From: the human T2T-CHM13v2.0 reference genome, Homo sapiens
Length of the DNA stretch: 64,000 bases
NCBI RefSeq assembly: GCF_009914755.1
Contig: NC_060934.1
Reading direction: 5' to 3' (one strand)
Shown: in pieces, positions 41,128 through 54,640 of the stretch
Layout: each line of letters starts with the position of its first letter
Numbering within the stretch: position 1 is the first letter of the stretch
Position numbers and translations under genes: made by a program
Notes under the pieces: generated by a model
Told to the model about the DNA's origin: nothing
The model's database searches: none
Seen by the model: only the letters and a program-made list of their open reading frames with translations

Positions 41128-41999
41128 GTGGGTCTTTTTAAAAATACCATCTTTAAAAAGATATTTTTGTGGCAACTTTTTAAAATATATTCTTTTCTAT
41201 TCCTTTATATATTTTATGGCAAAACATATTAAAAGTCTTGAGTCAGAGCAGATTCCCTTGCAGGGAAGTCAACACTGCCTCCTTGAAAATATACCCTTTA
41301 AAGTGAATTTTCCTGATTTTGCAATGGGCAAAATTGTTTGGGGTTGCATGTAAGCAAAGGTCCTGTGCCCTGGGGTCTTACCTCACCAATGCTGCAGAGG
41401 ATCATTCTATGGCCAGGGCCATAATTTGTCCAGTGATGCATGCAACTCTGAGGGATTCTAAAACATTTTATTGTAGCGTTGTATTGCCCTAACCTTTTCA
41501 AGATGACAAAGGAGATATTTCCTGCACCCTAGTGTTTCTCAACACAAATATTAGCTTGGAGTGCTTTATTCTATTTCACCCTCCAAAGGAATCTGTTATT
41601 GAAATTTTGGAAACAGAGATGAACAAAACCATCCCCCAATCCATTTACTGCAATTCCTAATTACCCCATGCTGTTTGTCTGTCTTGGACAGTTTTGTGTT
41701 CAAATTGATGTCTGGAATAGGTAAAGTTCTCTGGGTTATGTCAACAGGATTATCACAAATCCTCTCTCTAATAGTCCTGCAGGGATTGGCATTTAACAAA
41801 GTACTGGTTTCAGCTGCCACAGTCTCCATATTCTCCATATTCATGATATCTGCATATGAAAACTAGAGTTCTATTTGCATAGGGATTAAAACATGATATG
41901 AGTTTTCCTATAGCTTATGTTCCCCAATGTAGAGGCAAAAATGGGCTACCTTTTCTATGTACTTTCAGTTTTATTTATGGTTTAAAATATAGCAAACTT

Positions 42000-43020
<1,021 letters not shown>

Positions 43021-44583
43021 ATTTTAAGATCAAAGCTGAGCACCATGAGAACACCATTGTACCAGCTTGTTTGTCCAAAAGACAACAGAACTTCAAAGCC
43101 ATGAGGTGCCTGCCTTTCTTCCAATCAAGTGGACTCTACTAGTCATCCGTAGAGATGCACAAGCTTGGAGCATTTCCTTGTATTTAAGCTGAGGTAAGTT
43201 TTCCCATGTATGACTGTAGAAAAATGTGGCTTAAAGGAACCCCTACAGAAATGCCAAATGTCCTACTAGCCATGGGGTCTCATTTGGAACAACTGAAAGA
43301 ATGCTCTGTCATTGGCCTGGAGGTCATTCTAAGAGGTGGGCAATCACAGGAGCTCATCTAGCACAGTGAAGGGGTTCTGCAAAGATCTTGCACCACAGAT
43401 TCCTGTAATGAGAGGACTGTGCCTGAGGCCTTGGTTTAATTGGCATTTTCCTCCTCCTTCTCTGCTCCCATGGAAAAGCAAATCAACTTGGAACATTTAA
43501 ATGGAGCTTTCTCTGAAGTCTCCTGCCCAGTGTTCTCTCTGAGAAATAAAAGATCCATCTTGAGGGGCTTAAGTAACTGGAAATATTTGACACTTGGCAT
43601 TTCCAGCTTCATGGAAAGGAATCAAAGAGAAAGGAGGGTGGGAACAGCTGATTTTTGCACAGCTGTTGTCCCCTCTGTGGATCAGCACCCTTCCCAATCG
43701 TGCTTGCGTGCCTGTATGTGTATTTGTGTGTGTTGCGTGTGTTCTTGGTTGACATAGTTCAACTGTTTTGTAAAGGACCAAAGAGTGAAATTAGTCAATA
43801 TTAAATTTTAGAAAGTTAATGTGATCATTTCATTAATTCCTTGCATTTAATTTAAAAAACAAAAGTGACTTCCTGTACTTACATGCTGCCAAGACTTGAA
43901 ACAGACATTTACTGTCTTAAGACAACTGAGGTCTGGGAGAAGTCATTTACCAAGCTCTGAAGAGAAGTTGAACTATTGGTCTCTAAATTTCTTTGCAAAT
44001 CGTATTTTGGATACTTTTAGACTTTATGACCCACCCTCAGAAGGAGACAGCCTTTGATATGTTTTTCCATATTAGGATCTCATCTGCTTATAATTTGTTG
44101 CCTAGTCTCCTTGCGACCCGGGATATTGCATATCTGAGATGGATGGCTGGGTTAGGGGTACAATCTGTGACTTGGTAGCAGTTTTTTCTCTTTATGAGCC
44201 CAAATTTAAGGTTTTCTTTATTAGTTCCACATGCAAACTGTCCCAGATACAGTCACCATCTCTTTTTGACCCCAACCCAGCGTAGTATATTTTGGGGCTG
44301 TGTAGAGCTTCCCATCTGATTTTAGTTTAAATTGACACCCCATATAAAAATAAGTTGAGATGTCCATTTACCAGCAGGAAGTTCTGGGAACTGGAGTCCC
44401 ATAAAGAGCTTAGATCACAGGGCCAGGTCAAAACAAGAAATGAATCTGTGTGTACTTACAGCTAGAGGCCACCAAAATTATGTGTGTGGGTGGTTTCTTA
44501 CAGGATAGAGGGAAGATAACTGAAAAAACACAAAAACAATAAATCCCAATATTTCCTTTTGAGCATGGAATAACTTTGGAAAA

Positions 44584-44672
44584 ATTCATTCATTCATTCA
44601 TTCAACAAGTGTTTACTGAGTGCCCTGATGCGCCAGCCTGCAACTGTGCCTGGCACTAGTGAGACAAGATGA
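44584..44672 (-). mobile_element. L2 3' tail with (ATTC)n
   Basis: attcattcattcattcattcaacaagtgtttactgagtgcc. Confidence 0.7.
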
Positions 44673-44812
44673 TGTGTGTTTTGTCAGGGTTCAAGGTTCA
44701 CTGCAGAGGCCACAGGTTAAAGTAGGTGCTAAAAGAAAAAAGAATAAGCAGACAAAGGGATACCTGGAGAGCTTGAATCTTGGAGAGAGTGCAGATTCTC
44801 AGGCTGCAGTGA

Positions 44813-45291
44813 TGTATATTAGTTTCCCATTTTGTATCACAAATTGTGTTACACAATACCACAAACTTAATGGCTCAAAACAAGACAGATTTATTCTCTT
44901 ACAGTTCTGAAGGTCAGAAGTCCTAAAATGGGTGAGCAGGGCTACATTTCTTTTAGTTGTTCTTGGAGAGAATCAGTTCCTTGCCTTTTCTAGCTTCTAG
45001 AGGCCACCTACATTCCTTGGCTCAAGTCCACTCTTCAACTGCAAAGCCAGCAGCACAGTATCTTCTAATCTCTCTCTCTTTGTCCCTGTGCTTCCCTTGT
45101 CACGCTGACTTTTGTCGTGTAAGGACCCTCATGATTATATTGTGTCCATCTGGCTAGATTATCCCATCTTGAGATAAAATGGGATAATCTCCCATCTCAA
45201 GATCCTTAACTTAATTACATCTGCAAAGTCTCTTTTGTCATATAAGGAGCATATTCACAGGTTCTGGAGGAGAACTATCATATAGGCCATA
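44813..45291 (-). mobile_element. MLT1D-like MaLR LTR
   Basis: accacaaacttaatggctcaaaacaa...cagttctgaaggtcagaagtcc...ttgccttttctagcttctagaggc...atctcaagatccttaacttaattacatctgcaaagtc. Confidence 0.85.
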
Positions 45292-45764
45292 GTATAATAT
45301 CAAGGAAATTGGATATTTTAGATCATAATATAGATGATCCTTTATGGTTATTTGTCTTTGGGAAAAGGACAAAGGGAGAAGAGGATAGTGATTCCTCTCA
45401 AGCTCCATCTTGGTGCTCCTTCCCCTCCAAGACCAGAATGCATGTGGATGGTTATTTCCAAAACAATTGTAGACAGGGGAATTACAAATAAAGGGATGAA
45501 AGGCTGGGGGACCCCTGATTTAGGGGAACTCTCATGGGAAATATCTATAGTCAATGAAAGTACAGTCTCAGGCAGGCCCACATTAATAAGCCCCTAATTA
45601 GTGTACTTATGGAGGAAGGCACCATGTTGACTGAGGCATGATGGGCATTTCCTCCAAAGGATTGCTTTTGGGCTGACTCTGTTGGGTCTGAGGTTCAGGG
45701 GCAGCACAGTGAGCCAATTAGCTCTCCTGTCACCAGGCCGTTGAAGAAGTCTCTCCTATCACCC

Positions 45765-45866
45765 TACACACCCAACACACATATGCACCAACACAAACAC
45801 AGGCATACTCATCAGCATACACATGCAGACACAGACACACACTTTCACCTTTATGTACATACACAT
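45765..45866. repeat. CA-rich low-complexity tract
   Basis: Degenerate (CA)n. Confidence 0.7.
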
Positions 45867-45914
45867 GGTGACCTTTCCCCTACAAATATTTTTAATTGAT
45901 GTAATTAATATAGT

Positions 45915-46207
45915 TAATGTTTTTGAGCAGTTTTAGACTTATAGAAAAGTTTAGCAGCAAGTATAAAGAGTTCCAATATTCTCCCTCATCCCCCACAATT
46001 TCCCTTCTTCTCATCCTCTTGCATTTGTTAAAATTGATGAGCCAATATTAATATATTATTACCAAGTAAAGTCTGTAGTTTACATTAACATTCACTCTTT
46101 GTGTGATACATTCTGTAGATTTTTGACAAATGTGTAATGACACGTAGCCAGCATTACCGTACCACACAGGATAGTTTTACCAACCTAAAAATTCCGTGTG
46201 TTCTACC
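45915..46207 (-). mobile_element. L1MC1/2-like 3' end
   Basis: ttgagcagttttagacttatagaaaagtttagcagcaagtataaagagttcc...attgatgagccaatattaatatattatt...ttcactctttgtgt. Confidence 0.8.
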
Positions 46208-46699
46208 CCCATCATTTAAAATGTTTCTTTTCTGGGAAGTTCAGTAAAGTTTTGAACCCCTTTTCACTAATTAATGTGTAGCTTCTCCCAGACTCTATGG
46301 TCTAGTGTTCTTGAGTGTGGTGTGCCTTATCACGCTTCCATATGAGAATAGTTCAAGCTTGTAGTAGAAGCTTTTACTTCTTTCAGCAGAATTAGCAAAA
46401 GCTTTTACTTGTAAAGGATTTCTTTTCTGTCCTGAGGTCAGTGGTATACTGAGCCTGCTCATACTGGCCTGTGAGATCTCACTGTATGCATTTCTTTCCA
46501 ACTCTGAGTTCAGAGAGGTCCAGCTGGTAGTCTGAAATCAGTCATGGTAGAAGTATTTAGACCATGGACATCAGCAAATGCTAGAAATCAGGGTTCGTTT
46601 TTTCCCCCTCAGAGAGCCAGCTATTAAACATTGACCAGACACTTTCTGGAGTTCTCCCTTTATCTGCTTCTTCATGGCTGGGAAATAGCAAAACTAGAG

Positions 46700-46903
46700 C
46701 ATTTGCCTGGGATTCAGAGATGGAAGCCACAGGCTGGGTCAACTTAGTGGTCTGTGTCCTTGATGAGTTTGTAGAGAAGGGCCATCCCGCAAACCCTGGA
46801 CTATTCAACTATGGACTTATCAACAGGAAGATAAACTATATTGTTCAAGCTGTTGTATTGTGAGACCTTTTTGTTATAGCAGCTTATCCTGTACCCATGA
46901 ATA
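46700..46903 (+). mobile_element. MLT1 (I/J-like) LTR 3' part
   Basis: ccctggactattcaactatggactt...ataaactatattgttcaagc...tttgttatagcagctta. Confidence 0.55.
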
Positions 46904-47009
46904 GAGCCAGCTAATTCTTGCCTGTGTACTTCTGCTCAACACTTATTCACCTGCCCCCCCTTCGATTTAGAATGATAATGTACATATAAGATGCATCTAT
47001 TGTTACCTT

Positions 47010-47545
47010 TACAATCCATTTTCTAAATAGAAGCTAGAATGACCTTTTAAAATATTAATCAGATCACTGATTAAAACCTTAAAATGTTCTAATGGCTTCT
47101 CATTGATCAAGCCCCTCTTTGCCCTGCCTGCCTCCTCTTATGTCTTTCTCCCTCTCACTTACCAGGTTCTGGTGATGCTGGTCTTCCTTCTGTTTCTTGT
47201 ACCACTGAGACTGCCTGCCTATGGCACCTTGCACTTGACATTTCCTCTGCTAGGAGTTAGGCTGACTCTTTATCATCTATGTACCACCTCCTCCCTGAGC
47301 CACCAATCTCCAGGGGCCTTTCTTACTGCTTTTATTTTCTATTTTTTTATAGTATAAGATAGCATTTGTCATCACCTGAAAGGATTTTGTTATTGATTGG
47401 ATTCCTTATTTATAAACTGTCCCTCCTCAGCCAGATCATAAGATCAATGAAGGGACATCTGTCTATCGTATCTACTTTTAAGCACCATGTGTATACTGGT
47501 GGACAACCACCGCAGACGCTCAATAAATACTTGCCAAGTGAATAC
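47010..47545 (+). mobile_element. L2 3' region
   Basis: ctggtcttccttctgtttcttg...gcaccttgcacttgacatttcctctgct...cgctcaataaatacttgccaagtgaat. Confidence 0.7.
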
Positions 47546-49010
47546 CTGATTATCCAACAGAACAGTATCAGCCTTGACTCTGTCCTCAAAGAGCTTAAAA
47601 TCCATCTGCTGGTGACTTTGAAGCCAGGCTGTCAGTAAGATTAGGACAGTTTCTCATGGCACATTCTGCGACACAGTCTGCAGGGACAAACTTCACTTTA
47701 CAAAGCAAGAATTAATTACAATACCAAAGTAACCCAATTTATTTATGTAAATTGAATTTAACTTAATTTCCAACTAGACTGGTCCACTGACTAACCTCCC
47801 CCCAATTTAAGGAATTTTCCACTTCATGAGAAGGTGAACAGAAAAAAACTGTTATTCATATTTTCATCAAGTTTATTAGAAACCAGGGATGATTCTGCAG
47901 CTATTGATATCACAGTGGGGGGAGAGAGAGGAGGACAGTGACTTTCCTGAGCTGATCTCTAGCCTGACTCAGTTGACTTTTTCTAAATGTCTTTCTTGGT
48001 GAAGCTGAAGAAGTTGTCTTGCTTTCATCAGCCTGAAAGGGAAGCTCATCAGCCGGAAGGTGGAACTTCTGGCAGCTGCTTCCCAAAAAACCCCTCTTCT
48101 TTCCCTTGACTTGCACTGAAACATTCAAGCCCAGGCTTTGAAAAGATTGAAATGTCTTTAGAAATCTTTGCACTGTCTTTATTCCAGGGCTACTGCCAGT
48201 CTCTGGCACTCCAGGCTCAGACTTGCACAGAAACCTCCTACTCTCTGAATCACTGGTGCCTTTTCCATTAGCCTGTAGGTACCCACAAAATATGCAGAGA
48301 AGATGTCTCTTGCTGTGTTGATTTCTCTCATTCTCTCTACTCAGGAAAGGGAGAATATCCCCAGCCCCATTTCAAGCTGTCATCATGAACAGTAGTGGAG
48401 GAGTGGATTTGCCAAACAGCTGTCAGAGCTGACACCAGGCAGTGTCAGCAGTGGGGCTGGAGCTAACCCTTGGTGGAGCGACTTTCCTCTTGCTCAATTC
48501 CTGGGTTCCCTCCTACTGTTCTGAACCAATGACGCAGATGGCAAGTGAAACAGGTAAGTTACTCATCAGCTGCTGCTTCTTTCAGCAAATGGTGAGAATG
48601 AGCAAGAGCTCTCTTTTTAAGGCTTGCCTGAACCCATGGAAATAGGGGGTATGTGTATAGGGTTTGTTTCAAGGTGAATGTACTCAGGGAGAAGTCTTCT
48701 GTGAGCGACACTGGGCATTTGGTTTCTCTCCTTCATTACCATAGAACAGCTCCTCTGTATTGACTGTCTCCCTCACTGACAAACTATCAATAGGCTCTCA
48801 TGATAGAGGTTTTCCAATGATAGAAAACAAAAAATGTGAGAGTCCACTGAATAAAAGCTTTTAAATAAGTGCTCTAACTTTAGACATTCCTATTTTGATT
48901 TATGTTACTGTTTACTATAGAAAATAGTAAATAAAAAAACACAACGGAGCTTTATAGATTTTTCAACATTTTGGACAGAAATCCACTCTGTCTCCATTAT
49001 TCCAAGTCAA

Positions 49011-49200
49011 AGACTGCAAACATGTGGTATATGGGTTCACTTCCTATGACTCTGCCACAGCAGACATTGCTGAATGATCACAGCATTCTTTCTTGTTGAG
49101 CTGAGATACAGTGGGAGAATCCCTCTGGACACAGTGTTCTCAGCAGCCACTATAATCGATCAGAAATGTCATATGAAATGAAATCCATTTGCCATCCCTG
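49011..49200 (-). mobile_element. MER117-like hAT-Charlie MITE
   Basis: Minus strand cagggatggcaaatggatttcat...gatcgattatagtggctgc...gctgtgatcattcagcaatgtctgc. Confidence 0.7.
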
Positions 49201-50249
49201 TTCTAAGTTAATGAGGCCTTACTGTATGTATGTAAGCCCAGGTGTCACCTAGGTTGGCCTCAGCTGATATGCTCTATATGCTCTCGTTTTCTAAATTTCA
49301 ATTCCAGACTCACCTTTGTGGGGACACAGACTCCTGCCCAAACTGAATCAACTATCCTGTTTTTCTCTCTCACCAGTGTTTCTCTCTGGGGTCACTAAAG
49401 TGTGGACCAAAGGGGCAGCTGCAAAACCTTGCTGGGAGCAACTTTTTCTGTGGCCTTTGAAAGTCAAGTCCTAATAGGTAACCAGTGCTCCCGAAGACAA
49501 GCGTATTGGAAGCTAAATCTAGCTAGGGCATCCTTAATGAATCTGTGGTGCACAGATCTGGCCTTGAGCCATTTTCTGTAACGTTCTCACTGATCTTATT
49601 TCAGAGAATTGTACCAGTTTTGCAGCAAATTACAAGGAAGGCCTGGCTTCTGAAATTAGCCAAAGGCCAATTAAGGTTTCTCTGGGTTCTTTCCGACTGC
49701 AGCGTCATCATAAATGACTCTGTGGTGCAGGGGAGGGCTGACATTTTCTAAGCCGGTATCATATTTTGGGTGTGATTAAAATCTTCATCTCAGTCACCTG
49801 CCTGACCAACTGCCAGTAGCCATGAAACAAAAGGATTACAGCCAATTTACATCCATTAACAAAATGACTTGAAACACTATCGGTTTAGCCTCAGTGGGGC
49901 TTAATCTGATTTTCAGAAGGGAAGAAGAGATGTAGAATTAAAGGCAAGAGGAAAGGCAGAAAAGAAATTCAAATGAGAATTTTCTTTGAAGCCCAGGGCT
50001 TTTTTGGTTTGTTCATTTTCGTAAGGATTTACTAAGTGCTTGTCGGGCTTTTATCACTACAGTAGACCCTGAAAGGGTACGGAGGAAGGAGAAAAAACTA
50101 ACAATGCCTGTCCTTGAAATTTGCGGGACAGTATGGGAGAAATACCATATACTGAGGAAGCAGGCGATTAGCAAATTTGTGCTAGCAGGAATTTCTTCAA
50201 CATCCTTCAAGTGCCTGGCACTGTTAAGAAAGAAAATAAGAAAAATGAA

Positions 50250-50490
50250 AAACCACAGTCGATATTTAAATGGCTCTTACCATGTGCTTTGCATGAAGAC
50301 TTCTGCACGTGGTGACTCAGTCTTCACAACAACTCTGTCCTGTGCATTCCATGGTTATCCCCATTTTTCAGATCAGCAAAGAGGCCCAAAGAAGCAAAGA
50401 AACTTGCCCAGGATCACACAAATCAGCAGGAGGAGCTGGGATTTGCACACAGTGAGTCCGGCCATAGAACCTGAGATCATAGTCATTATT
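50250..50490 (-). mobile_element. MIR SINE
   Basis: tcttcacaacaactctg...ttatccccatttttcagatcagcaaagaggcccaaag...aacttgcccaggatcacaca. Confidence 0.8.
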
Positions 50491-50794
50491 CTCTCAAGGC
50501 CATGGGGTAGTTGAGGATTTGCATTCTCCCTGGGGAGATCAGTTAAGCTAGAAGTAGAGGATGAAAAAATGGAGGCAAGATGATGGTGTCAGGAAGGGGG
50601 AGGGACCTGGGCTAAACTTTGGGCATGGATGTGTACAGGGTGGGGAGAAGCTCTGCACAGGTGGGTAGAAAAGGTTCCAGATCAAGAGAAGAGCAGGAGC
50701 AGAGGTGACTGAGAGCATGACTGCAGTTAGAGACTAAGGGGTTTGTAGCTGTCCAAGGAAGAGGACTCATGAAATCAAAGGCTGTGTTCATGCA

Positions 50795-50985
50795 AGGACA
50801 GGGAATATAGCACTGGGGACAGAACAAGGACTTGGAATCTAACAGATCTAGGTTTAAAGTTTGACTTTACCACATGTTCCCTGAGTGATCCTGAGCAAGT
50901 TACCTGAGCTCTATTGACCAATTTCCCCAAAAGGAAAATAAGAAGAATGGCTATGGAAGAATAGGAAGAATATTGCATCTTGTAA
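50795..50985 (+). mobile_element. MIR SINE
   Basis: ggacttggaatctaacagatctaggtttaaag...gtgatcctgagcaagttacctgagctct. Confidence 0.7.
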
Positions 50986-50989
50986 GGAA

Positions 50990-51180
50990 TTCACCTATTT
51001 ATTTATTCAAAAATATTCACTGAGTGCCAATCGTGTGCCATGTGTTGCCCTAGATGTTGAAACAATGAACAAGATTCACATGGTCACTACCTTCCTAGAG
51101 TTTGCATTTCAGCTGGTGAGGCAAACTAACAAATAAGCAGAAAAAAAGTCTAGATTATGAGAGGAGTTTTGAAGAAAAAC
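50990..51180 (-). mobile_element. L2 3' end
   Basis: ttattcaaaaatattcactgagtgccaatcgtgtgccatgtgttgccctagatgttga...aacaagattcacatggtcactaccttc. Confidence 0.7.
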
Positions 51181-51303
51181 TCAGAAGGCACCTGGAATCA
51201 ATGTCTTTTACAGTGTCTAGGACAATGTTTGGCATGTAGGAGGCAAACATTTTACATGACACTAAGCGCCATCTTGGAATTCAGTACATGAGAGGAAACC
51301 ATG

Positions 51304-51897
51304 GTGTCAGATCGCTTCGCTACCCATTCAGAAGGCATTGCTCCTTTCCCCCTTCCTCCTTGCTTAAAAATATTTAGTCAGGATTCATCTTCCAGCATAG
51401 GAAAGTATCCCCACTTCTTTCAAAGCACATGGCAGCTAATCATGGTAATCCTATTTGCCTGGCCAGGGACTGGTTTAGGGGAAGTCATATGACTCAGGTC
51501 TGACAGAGAAGATGTGAGGGGAATTCTACAGAGGGGACTTCTGGATAAGAGTTTCTCAGTCCAAAAACAATCAACCAAACAAAAGGCGCTTAGAGAAAAT
51601 GGGCTCTTCTCTCTCCAGCTGACACTTGCATATGACCATCAAAAATGTTGTATGTAGTTTTCTTAGGGCCATGAAAGAGCCAACCTAGAGGTCAAGCTAG
51701 CATGCTAAGTGTGACAGTGAAGAATGGTGGAAAGAATATGACTTGGTGATGCTGGTTTGAACACCGAATTAGTCCCCTTGGGAACACTCCATCATACATC
51801 CCATGTCAGGTAAGATACAGAACATGGTGGTACTTACTGTTGAGGCCATTGGGTTTAGATTTTCTGTTATTGGCAGCCAAGAAATCCTGACAAATAG
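51304..51897 (+). mobile_element. MLT1K-like MaLR LTR
   Basis: ctaatcatggtaatcctatttgcctggccagggactggtttagggg...gattttctgttattggcagccaagaaatcctgacaaata. Confidence 0.7.
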
Positions 51898-53954
51898 AAG
51901 CATAGTTTGGGAACATTGAGAGATCATAAGACCAGGGTTTGGTTCTTTCTAAGGGTTGTTGATAATAGGAGAGGAAGAGAGTAAGACTGTTATTGATGTG
52001 CAGCTTTGGAAGATCATACCCATATTTGACAGAAAATTCCTTAAAGGAGTGAAGTCTTTCCTATTTCCATGGGTTGGATGAGTGTCTTCTGAGGACTCTA
52101 CTCCCCAAATGTGGGCATGCATACCCTGGGGGACTCCCACAGGCATTGCGCTGAGGGTACCAGAAGCCCCAAATAGATGCCATACATTTCCAAGAGACGA
52201 TTTTCTACTGAAATGTGGAAAAAAACTCAGAAATGCAACTTCATGAGTTGACTGTATGGATTTTCACTGCTTTTTTTCTCAGCGCCTGGAACAGTTCCTA
52301 ACCCAGAATAGGGGCTCAAATATCTGTGGAATTTATAAATAAGTGGATTGAAATAAACAGGAATATGTTCTAGAATTACACAAGCATAGCATGAATTTTA
52401 AAAATCCAAACAGGTGAGCATACTAGGGTGTGTCTTTATATTTTCTACCATGAATAGCACTTGGTAAAATGTTTAAGGAGCTGTCTCTTAGGAATAGTCA
52501 AGCCAACTTTAATTTGAGCTTCACCATATATTGTTAGAACCATTTTCTAGTGCTGTTTCCTGGATCATGTTCCTATGCACATAGTCCCCAGATCTCAAGG
52601 CCAGCCACAGCTCTGAATGTGAGGAAATACCTGAGCAATTTCTTCTCGTGTCCTTTTCCATAATGCAAACCTGCATCTTTAGTCAAGGATAACTTGAAGG
52701 AAATAGGCTCTTGAAGGGCCCGGTTGGGTGGCCTTTGATAGTGCTATTTTTCTCATCTGATCAGGTCTCCCCTTGCTGACAGGATCCCTCCCTATCTTCC
52801 AAAGCCTGGCTGGAAGCCCTTTCAAGTTTTCCTCACTTCCCAAGCCAGAGTGAGCTAACTCTTATATCTCATAATCTGCATAATATGTTACCTATCACTG
52901 GGCATTAAACTATCAAACAATAGCACAGGACAAAGCCAGATGGAGCCCACATTCTTTTTCCCCAACAGGATATTCACTCTTAGAGGCAGGAGCTAGGTCC
53001 TTTGTTTTTTCATATTTCCTATTGTACTTATATCTCTGGTCGAGTCCTGGCTGTGTCACTTTCCAGAATATTCACAGTTTTCTGAGCATCATTATAAAAT
53101 ATCTACTGTTCTAGTAGATTTATAAGGCTGTTATAAATATTAAAGAGATAAAAAGTGTGAAGAGGCTTTTATAATATCTAGTTTGCACTTAAAGATTACT
53201 CTACTGTTATTAGCATGTGGCAGGTGCCTAATTCTTGTTTGAGGATTTATCGAATGATGCATTCTCTGATTGCTGAGAGACCCAACTCTCTTGCCTTATT
53301 GAAATAGCAGGGCTCTACTGCATTTCAAACATGGGGTTTTATAACCCTGCTCTGAAATTGTTAGGGAGGAGAAACCAGTGGTTTTAGGGAGATGGAAACC
53401 CAGAGTGAAGCTGGGCCAGCCTCCACTCTCTTTGGTCACCAGCTCTTGGCTTGACAGGAGGCCCAGGACAAGAAGGAGATGAAGTACAGAGATGAAGTAC
53501 AGAGTTGTCAGAGGCTGTTGGGGGCAGCAAGGCCTGTACCATGAGCAGTGTCCTCTGGAAGGTGAGATAGTTAGAATCTGGGCACCCAAGGACCTCATGG
53601 AGGGTCATACAGTGAAGAAGCCTGAGAACCATCAGCCCTCCAGAGGGAAGTGGCTGACACACAACAGCCAATTCCTTCACTCGGTCTTTGATGTTGGTCC
53701 TGTCTCACCATGAGTGTGCTACTGGAAGAATGGGGCAGGAGACCCACACTTATTATCACTCTGCTGGCCCCATGAGCATAAACAAAACTACTGAGATGTC
53801 AACAACCAAGTAAGTCATTGATTCTTTGCTCACTTCTCCAGCCTGAGTCCTGGGGCATTGGGGGTAACCCCCAACTTATTGTCCACTTCTGAAGTTCAGT
53901 CACAACACAAAGGCTACCTAGAACATGGGGGTGGTGATGGACTGGTGGAGCTGG

Positions 53955-54095
53955 GTGATTCTTCAAAGGCCATTGACAACACCCTCCTCATTACGAAGAT
54001 GGGGAAACTGAGGCCCACAGAAGAGAAGGGACTTGTACAAATCACATGGCCCACTGATATTAAATTCAGACCTGATTCTTCCTCTTACATTCTTT
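53955..54095 (-). mobile_element. MIR (MIR3-like)
   Basis: ccctcctcattacgaagatggggaaactgaggcccacagaagagaagggacttgtacaaatcaca. Confidence 0.75.
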
Positions 54096-54419
54096 CCAAT
54101 CCTAAAAGTAGTTAGAAGCACACTTTCACTCTGGAAGACAGAAAATGGCCTCTGATCCCAAAAGTGAATTCTATATAACCAACCCAAGAAAAATAGAACA
54201 TTTTAGTATGTATTTGGCCTGGATTCTAAAAGATCTTAGACCATGGAGGGACAGATAGTTTAATTATTACTGTCCTCCTGTCCTAAGCCCTTTGCAGCTT
54301 TTTTGTAACCCATCAAGTTTGTAAATCTACATATTTAATGCTCTTTTGTATAGCGTGGTTTTCACAAGAATGTGGGCAAGAAAGAAGTTCACAAGGAGCG
54401 TTTCATCAGTGCTGTGAAA

Positions 54420-54640
54420 AATGATAATAATATGGTTGACACTCTCTAGTGTGCCACAGCCTGCTCTAGGTCCACACATTAACTCATTCAATACTCACAA
54501 CCATTCTAGCAATTCAGCTTGTAAATAAGGAAATTGAGGCATAGGGAGGATAAGTAATGAGCTCAGGATCACCCAGCTTGTAAGCAGGAGTGTTGGGATG
54601 TAGGTTTAGCAAGTCTGACTCCAGTGCCCAGGCTTTCAAG
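54420..54640 (-). mobile_element. MIR SINE
   Basis: attaactcattcaatactcacaacc...aaataaggaaattgaggcatagggaggataagtaatgagctcaggatcacccagct...tctgactccagtgccc. Confidence 0.8.

Noticed and set aside
50104-50514. 136-aa ORF
   Set aside because: Second half is antisense MIR; no coding features.
53476-53504. 13-bp tandem duplication GAGATGAAGTACA
   Set aside because: Ordinary slippage duplication with no motif of note.
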